This document shows positions 39,789 to 48,759 of a DNA stretch of 64,000 nt, one piece after another. Location: the IMG/VR virus record IMGVR_UViG_3300005253_002810; one strand, written 5' to 3'. The notes beneath the pieces were generated by a model, which saw only the letters and a program-made list of their open reading frames with translations, had not been told where the DNA came from and did no database searches. The position numbers were made by a program, and so were the translations under genes. Numbering within the stretch: position 1 is the stretch's first letter; each line of letters starts with the position of its first letter. Source of the stretch: an uncultured virus (IMG/VR IMGVR_UViG_3300005253_002810). Its lineage: Duplodnaviria; Heunggongvirae; Uroviricota; Caudoviricetes.

Positions 39789-41073
39789 TGTAGTCATCCC
39801 TATGGCAGGGAGAGGAAGCAGGTTCGCACAAGTCGGTTATACATTTCCAAAGCCACTAATTGAAGTATATCATGAAGGCGTTAATAAGCCCATGATTCAA
39901 ATGGTGGTAGAAAATATAGGCGTAAAAGGAAAATATGTATTTTTAGCTTTAAAAGAGCATTGTGACAATTATGCTCTCAAGTATCTTCTTCCGCTCATTT
40001 GTAAAGACAACCAATGTGAAATTATAGAAATAGACCAGGTAACAGAGGGCGCAGCCTGTACAGTCTTGCTGGCCAAAGAGTTTATAAATAACGATGATGA
40101 GCTAATTTTGGCCAATTCAGATCAATGGATTGATTGGAGTTCGGAGCATTTTTTACAATCGTTAAGAAGTCGCGATGCTGATGGTGGTATTTGTACTTTT
40201 TATGCAACACATCCAAAATGGAGTTTTGCCAGGGTAGAGGAAGAAACAAATATTATTACTGAGGTTGCGGAGAAGAAGCCGATATNNNNNNNNNNNNNNN
40301 NNNNNNNNNNNNNNNNNNNNNNNNNNNNNNNNNNNNNNNNNNNNNNAAGCATAGCTACTTGTTTTTATTATAATACGCCTGTTTTACTTTCTAATGGTAA
40401 AACAGAACAAATAGGGAGAATTGTTAATCAGAAAAAAGAATTAGAGGTGGTGAGTTATAATTTAAACCTTAAAAAATTTGAGAATAAAAAAATATTAAAC
40501 TGGATTAAATTGCCCGGAGATGATGTCGTTTGGTATAGGATGTCATATGCTTCTGCTAATAAAACATGTAGCGGAGATAGGAAATCTGTTATTGTAACTG
40601 GAGACCATAAAATATTAACAAACAACGGCTATAAGAGGGTTGATGAGATTAAGTCAGAGAAAATTGCCACTAGGTTTTTAATTCCTAATAGTTTTGGTAA
40701 ACTAGATATATTTTATGATGATCTTGTGATTGATAAATTATCTTTACAAGAGATTGATAAATATAAAGATCGAATGTCTAATGTATATTGTTTGGAGATT
40801 GAGGATAATCATAACTTTATAGTTAATGATATGTTGGTAAGTAATTGTGGTTTGTACTATTTTCAGCATGGTAGGTATTTTGTTGATGCCGCTGAACAGA
40901 TGATCAAAGCTGACGATCGCACTAATGGAGAATTTTATACTTGTCCAGCTTTCAATTATATGATTAAAGATGGGAAGAAGGTATTTAATTATCCAATAAG
41001 CCAAATGTTAGGAACTGGAACACCAGAAGATTTGCAACATTTTATAAGCGTACAGAAGCAAATAAAGGGATAA
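39781..41073 (+). CDS. Sugar-phosphate nucleotidyltransferase containing a mini-intein (spans an N gap)
   Basis: IPMAGRGSRF...PKPLI, TEGAACTV, ANSDQ, EKKPI, GLYYF, NGEFY, GTPEDL motifs. 61 N at 40286-40346. Confidence 0.85.
   Translation: MVNVVIPMAGRGSRFAQVGYTFPKPLIEVYHEGVNKPMIQMVVENIGVKGKYVFLALKEHCDNYALKYLLPLICKDNQCEIIEIDQVTEGAACTVLLAKEFINNDDELILANSDQWIDWSSEHFLQSLRSRDADGGICTFYATHPKWSFARVEEETNIITEVAEKKPIXXXXXXXXXXXXXXXXXXXXXSIATCFYYNTPVLLSNGKTEQIGRIVNQKKELEVVSYNLNLKKFENKKILNWIKLPGDDVVWYRMSYASANKTCSGDRKSVIVTGDHKILTNNGYKRVDEIKSEKIATRFLIPNSFGKLDIFYDDLVIDKLSLQEIDKYKDRMSNVYCLEIEDNHNFIVNDMLVSNCGLYYFQHGRYFVDAAEQMIKADDRTNGEFYTCPAFNYMIKDGKKVFNYPISQMLGTGTPEDLQHFISVQKQIKG
40286..40346. other. Assembly gap (61 N)
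   Basis: Run of N in the sequence. Confidence 1.
40360..40845 (+). mobile_element. Mini-intein (162 aa) in nucleotidyltransferase
   Basis: Starts CFYYNTPV; block B VTGDHKI; ends VYCLEIEDNHNFIVNDMLVSN followed by Cys+1; no endonuclease domain. Confidence 0.9.
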
Positions 41074-41078
41074 GTCAA

Positions 41079-41744
41079 ATGGAAAGAATGCCACGGTTAT
41101 GGGAGGCCAAATTTCTTCATTACACCACCGGAAGATCTGGGTCAACATTTATTTCACAGATTCTGAAAGATGTTCTTGGCATTGAAAATGTGTGGGCAGG
41201 ACATGACCCTGTTGCTTTCCCTTTTCATAAGGGCGAAAAACTTGTTATAACCTATAGGGATTTTAGAGATGTTGCGGCCTCTTATTGGAGGATTAATAAT
41301 GATATCCAAGATCATGTCTTAAACTCTGGTGCAAGAAAAATGTCACCAAAAGACGTAAATCACTATTCGAATATGATTGCGGGTCTTGTTAGGGGGCACA
41401 TGAATCCAACATATAAAGCTCATCCGGGTGCTCTGTTAATGAAGTATGAAGATTTTTTTCCTGACAACTATGGTTATATTTTTGAGCGTATAGAAAAGCA
41501 TTTTGATATTAAACTATCTAGTGGCAGAAGGGTGGAAATTAAGAAAAAATATAGTTTGGAGCGTAACAAGCAACGAGCAGCTAAGTTTAGCTCTTTCAAA
41601 CAGGTTGATAGAGAATATGTTCATGGCCTACATATTTACAAGGGAGACATAGGAACATGGAAGAATTTGGTTCCGGCCAATCAGCACGCAGTGATGAATA
41701 AAATTCTAAGGCCATTTTTAGAAGAGTGGGGATACAGGGTATAA
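41079..41744 (+). CDS. PAPS-dependent sulfotransferase-like protein
   Basis: 5'-PSB GRSGSTF, 3'-PB YRDFRDVAASYW, KYEDF, C-terminal KGDIGTWKN. Confidence 0.85.
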   Translation: MERMPRLWEAKFLHYTTGRSGSTFISQILKDVLGIENVWAGHDPVAFPFHKGEKLVITYRDFRDVAASYWRINNDIQDHVLNSGARKMSPKDVNHYSNMIAGLVRGHMNPTYKAHPGALLMKYEDFFPDNYGYIFERIEKHFDIKLSSGRRVEIKKKYSLERNKQRAAKFSSFKQVDREYVHGLHIYKGDIGTWKNLVPANQHAVMNKILRPFLEEWGYRV

Positions 41745-42625
41745 TGGAAGTCGCCATAATTATAGTAGCCGCATCGGGCAAACAGAGGAAGTGCTTTTGG
41801 CCATCGTATAATGCTGCTGAACATGGCATTGATCATGACTTGATTGTTGTGCACCGGAACAGGGAGCATCTGACTAGTGATATTGAAAATGATTATGGGA
41901 AAATCATATACGAAAATAAAATACGACCAAATGGCGAGCTTCCTCATAAAGCATTTGGCGCCTATAGAGAATATTGGAATAAATACAAAGATAAATACGA
42001 ATTTTTTGCCTTTATATCAGACGATGTGATTATTAAAACCGATGGATGGTTATTAGAGGCTGTTCTTATGTTAGAAAGAAGCGATAAATTAGGATTTGTC
42101 GGTTCACAAATATTCAATGGTTTGAAAAAACAATATCCACACAAAAGCCATTGTAGAGCGCCAATTTGGTTTGCAAAGTCAGAGCGTTTAAAAGATATTA
42201 AGTGGAATTTTAACTCTGATCACGACGGAGAAATGAATTTAGGCCAACAGTTTCTTGCTGCCGGATATTTTGGTGCTCAGGTTGGCAACAAGTTTGATTT
42301 TGCCTATGATGCTTTAGAATATAGTGTGCATTTTAAAGGTCACCATATTTGCCACATAATGGAAAAAGAACAATTCAATAGCGCTCCTGGCAAAAAGATA
42401 AGTTATGAAAAAAGAGAGATGATAAATAAGAAGATTCTTGGAAAGCTGCATAAGGAAGATGATTCGGTAATTGTTACGTCACCAATACCGCATATAGGGC
42501 AAAGAAGGCTTGTATCACAATTACAGCCTTATAATGGTTTGATACTTGATATAGGCTCTGAGATAGCCAAACCATATAGCGATGACTTTCCTTTTGATAT
42601 TCAAATATTAAGAGGCTCACATTGA
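41744..42625 (+). CDS. Putative GT-A-fold glycosyltransferase
   Basis: FFAFISDDVII DxD-like motif, LGFVGSQ; cluster context. Confidence 0.5.
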   Translation: MEVAIIIVAASGKQRKCFWPSYNAAEHGIDHDLIVVHRNREHLTSDIENDYGKIIYENKIRPNGELPHKAFGAYREYWNKYKDKYEFFAFISDDVIIKTDGWLLEAVLMLERSDKLGFVGSQIFNGLKKQYPHKSHCRAPIWFAKSERLKDIKWNFNSDHDGEMNLGQQFLAAGYFGAQVGNKFDFAYDALEYSVHFKGHHICHIMEKEQFNSAPGKKISYEKREMINKKILGKLHKEDDSVIVTSPIPHIGQRRLVSQLQPYNGLILDIGSEIAKPYSDDFPFDIQILRGSH

Positions 42626-43290
42626 ATATATTATTATCACATCCGAGATCTGGCAATACATGGCTTAGATATTATCTTGAGTACGTGTCATTGCGCCCAT
42701 CTCATACGGGCGATATAAACCAAGCAAATAATACAGATTTGGAAAAAGCTGCAGTTGGCAAAAAACTAATACCGGGACTAAATTGTAAAAAACGGGCTAT
42801 TTGTACAAAAAGACACCATATACATTTGCCAAAAGATGAGTGGACGGGAAAAGAATCTATTATTCTTATTGTTAGAGACTACAAGGAATGTATTTTAAAG
42901 CACTTGTCGCCCAAAATGCGAACAGAGAATTTATTGAAGGAAAATATAAGGGGATATACCAGATTACTTCGTTATTATGATGAACATAAGGGTAAAAAAA
43001 TATTAGTATATTATGAGGATCTGATGACTCATCCACGAAAGGAGCTATCGCGAATTAAAGATTTTTTAGACCTGGACGACAAACGACATAATGAGTTTAT
43101 GGACAACTATAACGAGCATAAAGAGAAAATGCTCAAACATTATCACGGGGGGAAAGTACGTTTTTCATCACGTGGTGAGAAGTTTAAATTTCATCAAAGA
43201 ATGGCCGAGTCAACCACGATAAATAGTCTCAAGTCAGAAATTAGAATATACAGAGCGCTGTATAATAAATACTTGAAGAGGTATGCATGA
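42622..43290 (+). CDS. Sulfotransferase-like protein
   Basis: SHPRSGNTWLRY, IVRDYKE, VYYEDL motifs; TTG start overlapping the previous stop. Confidence 0.8.
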   Translation: MNILLSHPRSGNTWLRYYLEYVSLRPSHTGDINQANNTDLEKAAVGKKLIPGLNCKKRAICTKRHHIHLPKDEWTGKESIILIVRDYKECILKHLSPKMRTENLLKENIRGYTRLLRYYDEHKGKKILVYYEDLMTHPRKELSRIKDFLDLDDKRHNEFMDNYNEHKEKMLKHYHGGKVRFSSRGEKFKFHQRMAESTTINSLKSEIRIYRALYNKYLKRYA

Positions 43291-44246
43291 TAAACGTAGT
43301 ATATTTGCCCTATAGGCGGCATGAATTTGCAGATCTGACATTTAGTCTGCTTAGCAAATGCAAGAACAAAGATTTTCATGTATCTGTTTGTGGCTTCCAT
43401 AATAAAATAACCATTCATTCAGCAAATAGGGCGCGCCAATTAGCCAAAAGGGCACAAGATGAATACGGCCTAAATGCGTCCCCATTGATAGTTGATGCTC
43501 ATCCAAGAGATAACTATATAGCGAAACTCAAAGCTGCGTCCAAGCTGCCTTATAAACATACTATGAAGCTGGATGAGGATGTGTTTTTATCTCCAGACAC
43601 TATAGATTTTATGTTTGATAATGTGACGCGTCTTGTAGGTTCAAACATAATATTGACACCCGCGCTAAGCAATGGCGTGCCAACTTGTGATGATTTTATA
43701 GAGCATCAGCTCGACGCGAGCCAAACAAAACGTTTGCATAAAGCATTTTCTGGGGCAAAAGTTCCTAAAAACCTTTGGAGTTATAATTGGCACCATATTA
43801 ATAGGGTTATAGAATGCGGATATGAAAGAAATAAGTTCTATGCCGAGGTTGCTAAAATAAAAGCCCATTATAAAGGGATCCATCCAATAAGATTTGATGT
43901 CCCATCGCAACTAATGATGAATGAATTTGTGCTGGAAAATATAGGTAAATTCACACAAAACAAAGATCTTGAAATTAAAAGCATGAAGGCCCCCTATTTT
44001 TGTAATAGCTGTTTTATCATAAATACAGATGAATGGAAGAAGATATTATATTCTAAGTATTATATAGACCCATTTGATGAGGTACCACTAAATAGATATA
44101 GAAATGAGAAGAAAAAGAACTTTCTTTATATGCCAAATTGTTATGGAATACATATAATGTATGTCCTTGTAGCTATGAAAATTGGTAAAGAAAAAGAAAA
44201 AGAGTATTTCAAAAAATTATATCCGCTTATAATGAAGCAGCTATAA
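43287..44246 (+). CDS. Putative GT-A-fold glycosyltransferase
   Basis: MKLDEDVFL DxD motif, CNSCFII, DEVPLN; cluster context. Confidence 0.5.
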   Translation: MINVVYLPYRRHEFADLTFSLLSKCKNKDFHVSVCGFHNKITIHSANRARQLAKRAQDEYGLNASPLIVDAHPRDNYIAKLKAASKLPYKHTMKLDEDVFLSPDTIDFMFDNVTRLVGSNIILTPALSNGVPTCDDFIEHQLDASQTKRLHKAFSGAKVPKNLWSYNWHHINRVIECGYERNKFYAEVAKIKAHYKGIHPIRFDVPSQLMMNEFVLENIGKFTQNKDLEIKSMKAPYFCNSCFIINTDEWKKILYSKYYIDPFDEVPLNRYRNEKKKNFLYMPNCYGIHIMYVLVAMKIGKEKEKEYFKKLYPLIMKQL

Positions 44247-44267
44247 ATCAACTATATCTGGTGATAA

Positions 44268-45068
44268 ATGAGAAAAATAATCGCTACACTTGGGATTGCT
44301 CACTCAGGAACTAATTTGATAAAGAAAATATTCCTAGATTTATTCCATAATCAAAAAACATATAGACCGTATGAGTATCACTATTTAGGCCACAATAAAG
44401 TTAAAGATGGCAAGCTTTGGTTGGATGTTAATTCTTTGAACAGATTTAAGTCGAATTTGCTTACTGCAGTATTTAATTATAGGAATGAGTTCGATAGAAG
44501 ATTAAGCATAGATGTAAGAAGAATACTGGGTGATGGTTGTAAAGGGTGGCCACCAGGCGCTACTGATATACAGGTGAAGGATCATAAGGATAAGATTGTT
44601 GCCAGGGTAATTGAACTATTAACTGATACAAAAGAGATGCTCAAAACCCGTAATAGGTGCAATGACGTATTAGATGCAAAAAAGGCTATCATATTAAAAT
44701 GCAAAGAACTAGGAGCCCGTCCAATGTGTTTGGCTTATGAAGAATACTATGAAAATTTCGATCATATATTTGATAAATTAGCTGAGCTTAATGTTAATAT
44801 AAGTAATCGTGACAGGTCACTTATGAAAACTAAACATTCGGCCGAGAGTGCGTTTAAAAAATCAAGGGGAGAGAAAGACGCAAGGACAGTACACGTAAAG
44901 CATAATTTATTGTCAAACCATGTTAGCTCGTACAGGGGTGAACCATATTTCTGGACCAAGTTTATGGATTTTGAAGAAGTATTTGCATCATTGCCAGCAG
45001 AGAATCAGACCTATTTTCTAGAGATTGTTAAGGACCATCCGCATAAGAATCTAACTATAAAATCATGA
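44268..45068 (+). CDS. Divergent sulfotransferase-like protein
   Basis: GIAHSGTNLI (PSB-like), YRNEFD, LAYEEY, RGEPYFW occur in the same order as in the other two sulfotransferases. Confidence 0.6.
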   Translation: MRKIIATLGIAHSGTNLIKKIFLDLFHNQKTYRPYEYHYLGHNKVKDGKLWLDVNSLNRFKSNLLTAVFNYRNEFDRRLSIDVRRILGDGCKGWPPGATDIQVKDHKDKIVARVIELLTDTKEMLKTRNRCNDVLDAKKAIILKCKELGARPMCLAYEEYYENFDHIFDKLAELNVNISNRDRSLMKTKHSAESAFKKSRGEKDARTVHVKHNLLSNHVSSYRGEPYFWTKFMDFEEVFASLPAENQTYFLEIVKDHPHKNLTIKS

Positions 45069-45535
45069 AGCTAATATCGCATAGGGGCAACATTAACGGC
45101 AAAAATTCGAGAGAAAATAGCCCGGTGTATATTAAGGCCGCTCTGGCTTTGGGCTATGATGTTGAAATTGATGTATGGTATATGGATGGTCGGTGGCTAT
45201 TAGGCCACGATGAGCCTACACACCCAATAACGGTCGATTATCTAAAAGATAAGCAATTTTGGTGTCATGCTAAGAATATAGAGTCGGCCTATCAGATGTG
45301 GCTTGAAGGTGGAATTCATTACTTTTATCACCAAACGGACGATATTACTCTGACATCTAGCAATTATTTATGGACATTTCCCAGTAAGAGGCCGCTCACA
45401 CCAAGGTCCATTGCCGTATTGCCTGAGAATACAAATTGGACTGAAAATGAGATTAGTAAGTGTGCTGGAATATGCTCAGACTTTATCGATAGATATAATC
45501 CAGATTTAAGCGAAGAAGAGCATAGAAAATATTAG
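45065..45535 (+). CDS. Short GDPD/PI-PLC-like phosphodiesterase-fold protein
   Basis: ISHRGN...EN...GYDVEIDVW...LGHD...WCHAKN...GICSD motifs. Confidence 0.75.
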   Translation: MKLISHRGNINGKNSRENSPVYIKAALALGYDVEIDVWYMDGRWLLGHDEPTHPITVDYLKDKQFWCHAKNIESAYQMWLEGGIHYFYHQTDDITLTSSNYLWTFPSKRPLTPRSIAVLPENTNWTENEISKCAGICSDFIDRYNPDLSEEEHRKY

Positions 45536-45556
45536 TCATGATATATAGATAGGCAT

Positions 45557-46546
45557 ATGAAAGTGTGTATAACTGGTATCACTGGGCAAACTGGTTCTTA
45601 TTTAGCTGAGCAGCTCCTAGATGAGGGGCACGAAGTATATGGATTAGTTAGAAGAAGTAGCACATTTAATACGGAGCGTATTGATCATATATATGATCAT
45701 CCGCAACTTAAATTGGTCTATGGGGATATGGCCGATTACTCATCTCTATTAAGTTTTATTGGAGATGTTAAGCCGGATCATTTTTATAATCTTGGAGCAA
45801 TGAGTCACGTAAGAGTGTCATTCGATATTCCAGAATACACTTTTGACATTACAGGTACCGGAGTATTAAGATGCCTTGAGGCAATACGTAAAACTAGCCC
45901 TAAAACAAGGTTTTTGCAAGCTAGCTCTTCGGAAATTTTCGGAGCATCGCCTCCACCTCAAAATGAAAAAACACTATTCCACCCACGATCGCCTTATGCT
46001 GTAGCTAAGGTGGCTGGATATTGGGCTACTGTTAATTATAGAGAGGCTTATGGGCTATTTGCCTGTAATTCCATCTCGTACAATCACGAATCTAAAAAGC
46101 GCGGAGAGACATTCGTTACGCGTAAAATTACTCGCGCAGCCACAAGGATCAGGCTAGGTTTGCAAAATAAATTGATACTTGGAAATCTAGATGCAAAACG
46201 AGACTGGAACCACGCCTCTGATGTCGCTAGAGCAATGCGTATGATAATCAATCTAAATTGGGCTGATGATTTTGTGGTTGGTTCTGGCGAAATGCATTCT
46301 GTACAAGAATTTTTAGAACTTGTATTTTCAAAATTAGGTCTCAATTGGAAAGAGTTTGTGGAGTTTGATCCTAGGTTCTTAAGGCCTTCAGAGGTTGATG
46401 CTTTGTGTGCAGACCCCTCTAAAATAAAGAAGATAACAGGTTGGGAGCCGCAAATATCTTTTGAAAAGATGGTTGAGGGCATGATTGATAACGACATGAA
46501 ACTTGCCGAGAGGGAACAATTACTTAAGGATAATGATAATGGCTAA
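45557..46546 (+). CDS. gmd: GDP-mannose 4,6-dehydratase
   Basis: ITGITGQTGSYLAE, SHVRVSF, QASSSE, PRSPYAVAK, NHES, FVTRKIT, GNLDAKRDW motifs. Confidence 0.97.
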   Translation: MKVCITGITGQTGSYLAEQLLDEGHEVYGLVRRSSTFNTERIDHIYDHPQLKLVYGDMADYSSLLSFIGDVKPDHFYNLGAMSHVRVSFDIPEYTFDITGTGVLRCLEAIRKTSPKTRFLQASSSEIFGASPPPQNEKTLFHPRSPYAVAKVAGYWATVNYREAYGLFACNSISYNHESKKRGETFVTRKITRAATRIRLGLQNKLILGNLDAKRDWNHASDVARAMRMIINLNWADDFVVGSGEMHSVQEFLELVFSKLGLNWKEFVEFDPRFLRPSEVDALCADPSKIKKITGWEPQISFEKMVEGMIDNDMKLAEREQLLKDNDNG

Positions 46547-47180
46547 GGCGCATCCTACACAGGACGAGTATAATTGGAAAGTATATACACAGGAATATAG
46601 CGCCCAAGTAGGTGAGATGGAACAAACAGCTGGGCGCAATGGTAGCGATTTCCTAGTTAAGAATTCGAAAGTTACAGATAGTGGGATTAAATTCCAGGAC
46701 AATCTGCACGGTAATTGGGAGGGTATTTATTCCGAAATACATAAACTCAAACCACAAACTGTATTTGAATGTGGCTGTGGAGGCATGTATCACCTGAAGA
46801 ATATCAAAACATTATTTCCAAACATAGGTGTTTCAGGTTGCGATCTGTTACAGACTCAAATAGATTTTGGGACTGAAAGATTCAATGTTGGTCAGGATCT
46901 TTTAAAGAACGTTACGGCAAGAGATTTTACCCTGCCCAATGCGACGGACAGTCTTGGTCTATATGAATTTGTATATTCACATGCGGTCATGATGCATTTA
47001 TCACAAGAGAAGGGGTTAAAGTTTCTACGGAATATGCTTAAAATATCAACTAAATATGTTTATTTCATTGAGGGCGATCAGCATGATTATATGGATCTTT
47101 TGGTCAGTCTTGGCGAAGTGAAAAATTGGAATGTAACAAGGCCAAGAGCGCATAATTCTTGGCTACTTACGAGGGTATAA
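46539..47180 (+). CDS. Class I SAM-dependent methyltransferase
   Basis: VFECGCGG, GCDL, YEFVYSHAVMMHL motifs. Confidence 0.8.
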   Translation: MAKAHPTQDEYNWKVYTQEYSAQVGEMEQTAGRNGSDFLVKNSKVTDSGIKFQDNLHGNWEGIYSEIHKLKPQTVFECGCGGMYHLKNIKTLFPNIGVSGCDLLQTQIDFGTERFNVGQDLLKNVTARDFTLPNATDSLGLYEFVYSHAVMMHLSQEKGLKFLRNMLKISTKYVYFIEGDQHDYMDLLVSLGEVKNWNVTRPRAHNSWLLTRV

Positions 47181-47181
47181 T

Positions 47182-47553
47182 ATGGGTGACTTGAAAATAA
47201 AAATAGAGCATTTGCGACCAGAAGGCACACCTAAGGACCAAACGAACTTTTCAACCAATTGTAGGATTTATGATGAAGATACAGGTCGAGCCATTAGCGC
47301 TGTTCAGAAGTTGACAATTATTTATTCAGCAACTGATTTTATGCCAAGAGCAACGTTAGAGGTTGTAAATTTTGAGTCCGTACTAGAGGGTATAGATGCA
47401 ACTGTAGAGATTACCCAGGCCGGCCCTGAATGTAAAAGGATAGATGAAATGTCTATAACGGAGCTTGTTGCAGCATTAAAGTGGGAAGCGAAACAGCGCT
47501 GGTTAACTACGCGAAAAGCGATAGATCTATCGGAGGAATTAAAGGACAAATGA
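47182..47553 (+). CDS. Hypothetical protein
   Basis: 123-aa ORF coupled to its neighbours; no motif recognised. Confidence 0.5.
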   Translation: MGDLKIKIEHLRPEGTPKDQTNFSTNCRIYDEDTGRAISAVQKLTIIYSATDFMPRATLEVVNFESVLEGIDATVEITQAGPECKRIDEMSITELVAALKWEAKQRWLTTRKAIDLSEELKDK

Positions 47554-47830
47554 AAAGGATTGTAGTTACAGGTGCTGGCCCTCGTGGCTTTCTAGGCTGG
47601 CATAAATATTGGTTGTTAAATAGCAAATGTGCACTTAGCGGTATTGATATTAAATTTTACAATAGAGCTGAACAGCATTTAACGACGGCATCTTTAGATC
47701 GTATTGACTCAAATAAGCCTATATAAAGGGGAACATACAATGGGTTGATAAGCGAATAAATATGATGAAATATGTTTTTTCTGTTGATGAATTTGTTTTT
47801 CTTTGCAAGAAAGTGGCGGGCAATTTATGA
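47550..47830 (+). pseudogene. Orphan epimerase 5' end fused to a frameshifted HNH-type endonuclease remnant
   Basis: MKRIVVTGAGPRGFLGWH runs into KCALSG...TASLDRIDSNK, then after a 1-nt shift near 47719 YIKGNIQWVDKRINMMK...EFVFLCKKVAGNL*. Its TGA overlaps the fcl ATG. Confidence 0.8.
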
Positions 47831-48759
47831 GGATTATTATTACTGGAGCTAGTAAAGGTTCGTTTTTAGGAAATCATGTAAGGAGGCGGTTTCAGAAAAC
47901 TGGGTTTTCACCAATATATACTGGCTCAGAATACGACCTAACAAAAGAGTCAAATGCTGATGCTTTAATGAGAGATCTTAATCCTCAAACTGTAGTTCAC
48001 ATGGCTGCAAAATGTGGCGGCATTTTGGCTAACAAAAATAGCCCGGCAGAATTTATAAGAGATAATGTTAGGATTAATACTAATATAGTAGACGCTTGTC
48101 ATAGGCACAATGTAGAATATCTATTAACTCTGGGTTCAGTGTGTATGTATCCTAAATATTGTCCTGTTCCATTTAATGAGGATGATATCTTTAACGGGAA
48201 GTCAGAAGAAACAAACCACCCATACGGGGAATCAAAAAAACTAATGTTGACAACTCAAAATGCATACAGGGATCAATATGGCATGAAAAGCTGTATGATT
48301 ATACCTGTGAACATGTTGGGCGAATGGGATCATTTTGATTTAGTAAACAGTCATGTGATACCAGCTTTAATCAATAAGTTCATCAATGCTAAAGAAAACG
48401 ATTTGTCGGAAGTTCCTATTTGGGGAACGGGCGAAGCTACAAGAGAATTTCTCTACGCTGGGGACTGTGCAGAGGCCATAATAAAAGCTATCATGACAGG
48501 CCTTGACACACCTAAGCCAATTAACATCGGAACTGGAAAAGATATTTCTATTAAAGATCTCGCATACTTAATACGCAAACTCACCAAGTATGAAGGAGAG
48601 ATAACCTTTACTGGTGAGGTATCTGACGGTCAGCCAGAACGCCGATTGGATGTAAGTAGGGCGAAGAAGCTACTGGGCTTCACTGCAAAAATAGGTTTGA
48701 GAGAAGGATTGAAGAAGACAATTAAATGGTATTTGGAGAATAAAAATGGTAACAACTAG
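47827..48759 (+). CDS. fcl: GDP-L-fucose synthase
   Basis: HMAAKCGGILAN, GSVCMYPK, PYGESK, SHVIPALINKF, WGTGEATREFLY motifs. Confidence 0.95.
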   Translation: MRIIITGASKGSFLGNHVRRRFQKTGFSPIYTGSEYDLTKESNADALMRDLNPQTVVHMAAKCGGILANKNSPAEFIRDNVRINTNIVDACHRHNVEYLLTLGSVCMYPKYCPVPFNEDDIFNGKSEETNHPYGESKKLMLTTQNAYRDQYGMKSCMIIPVNMLGEWDHFDLVNSHVIPALINKFINAKENDLSEVPIWGTGEATREFLYAGDCAEAIIKAIMTGLDTPKPINIGTGKDISIKDLAYLIRKLTKYEGEITFTGEVSDGQPERRLDVSRAKKLLGFTAKIGLREGLKKTIKWYLENKNGNN

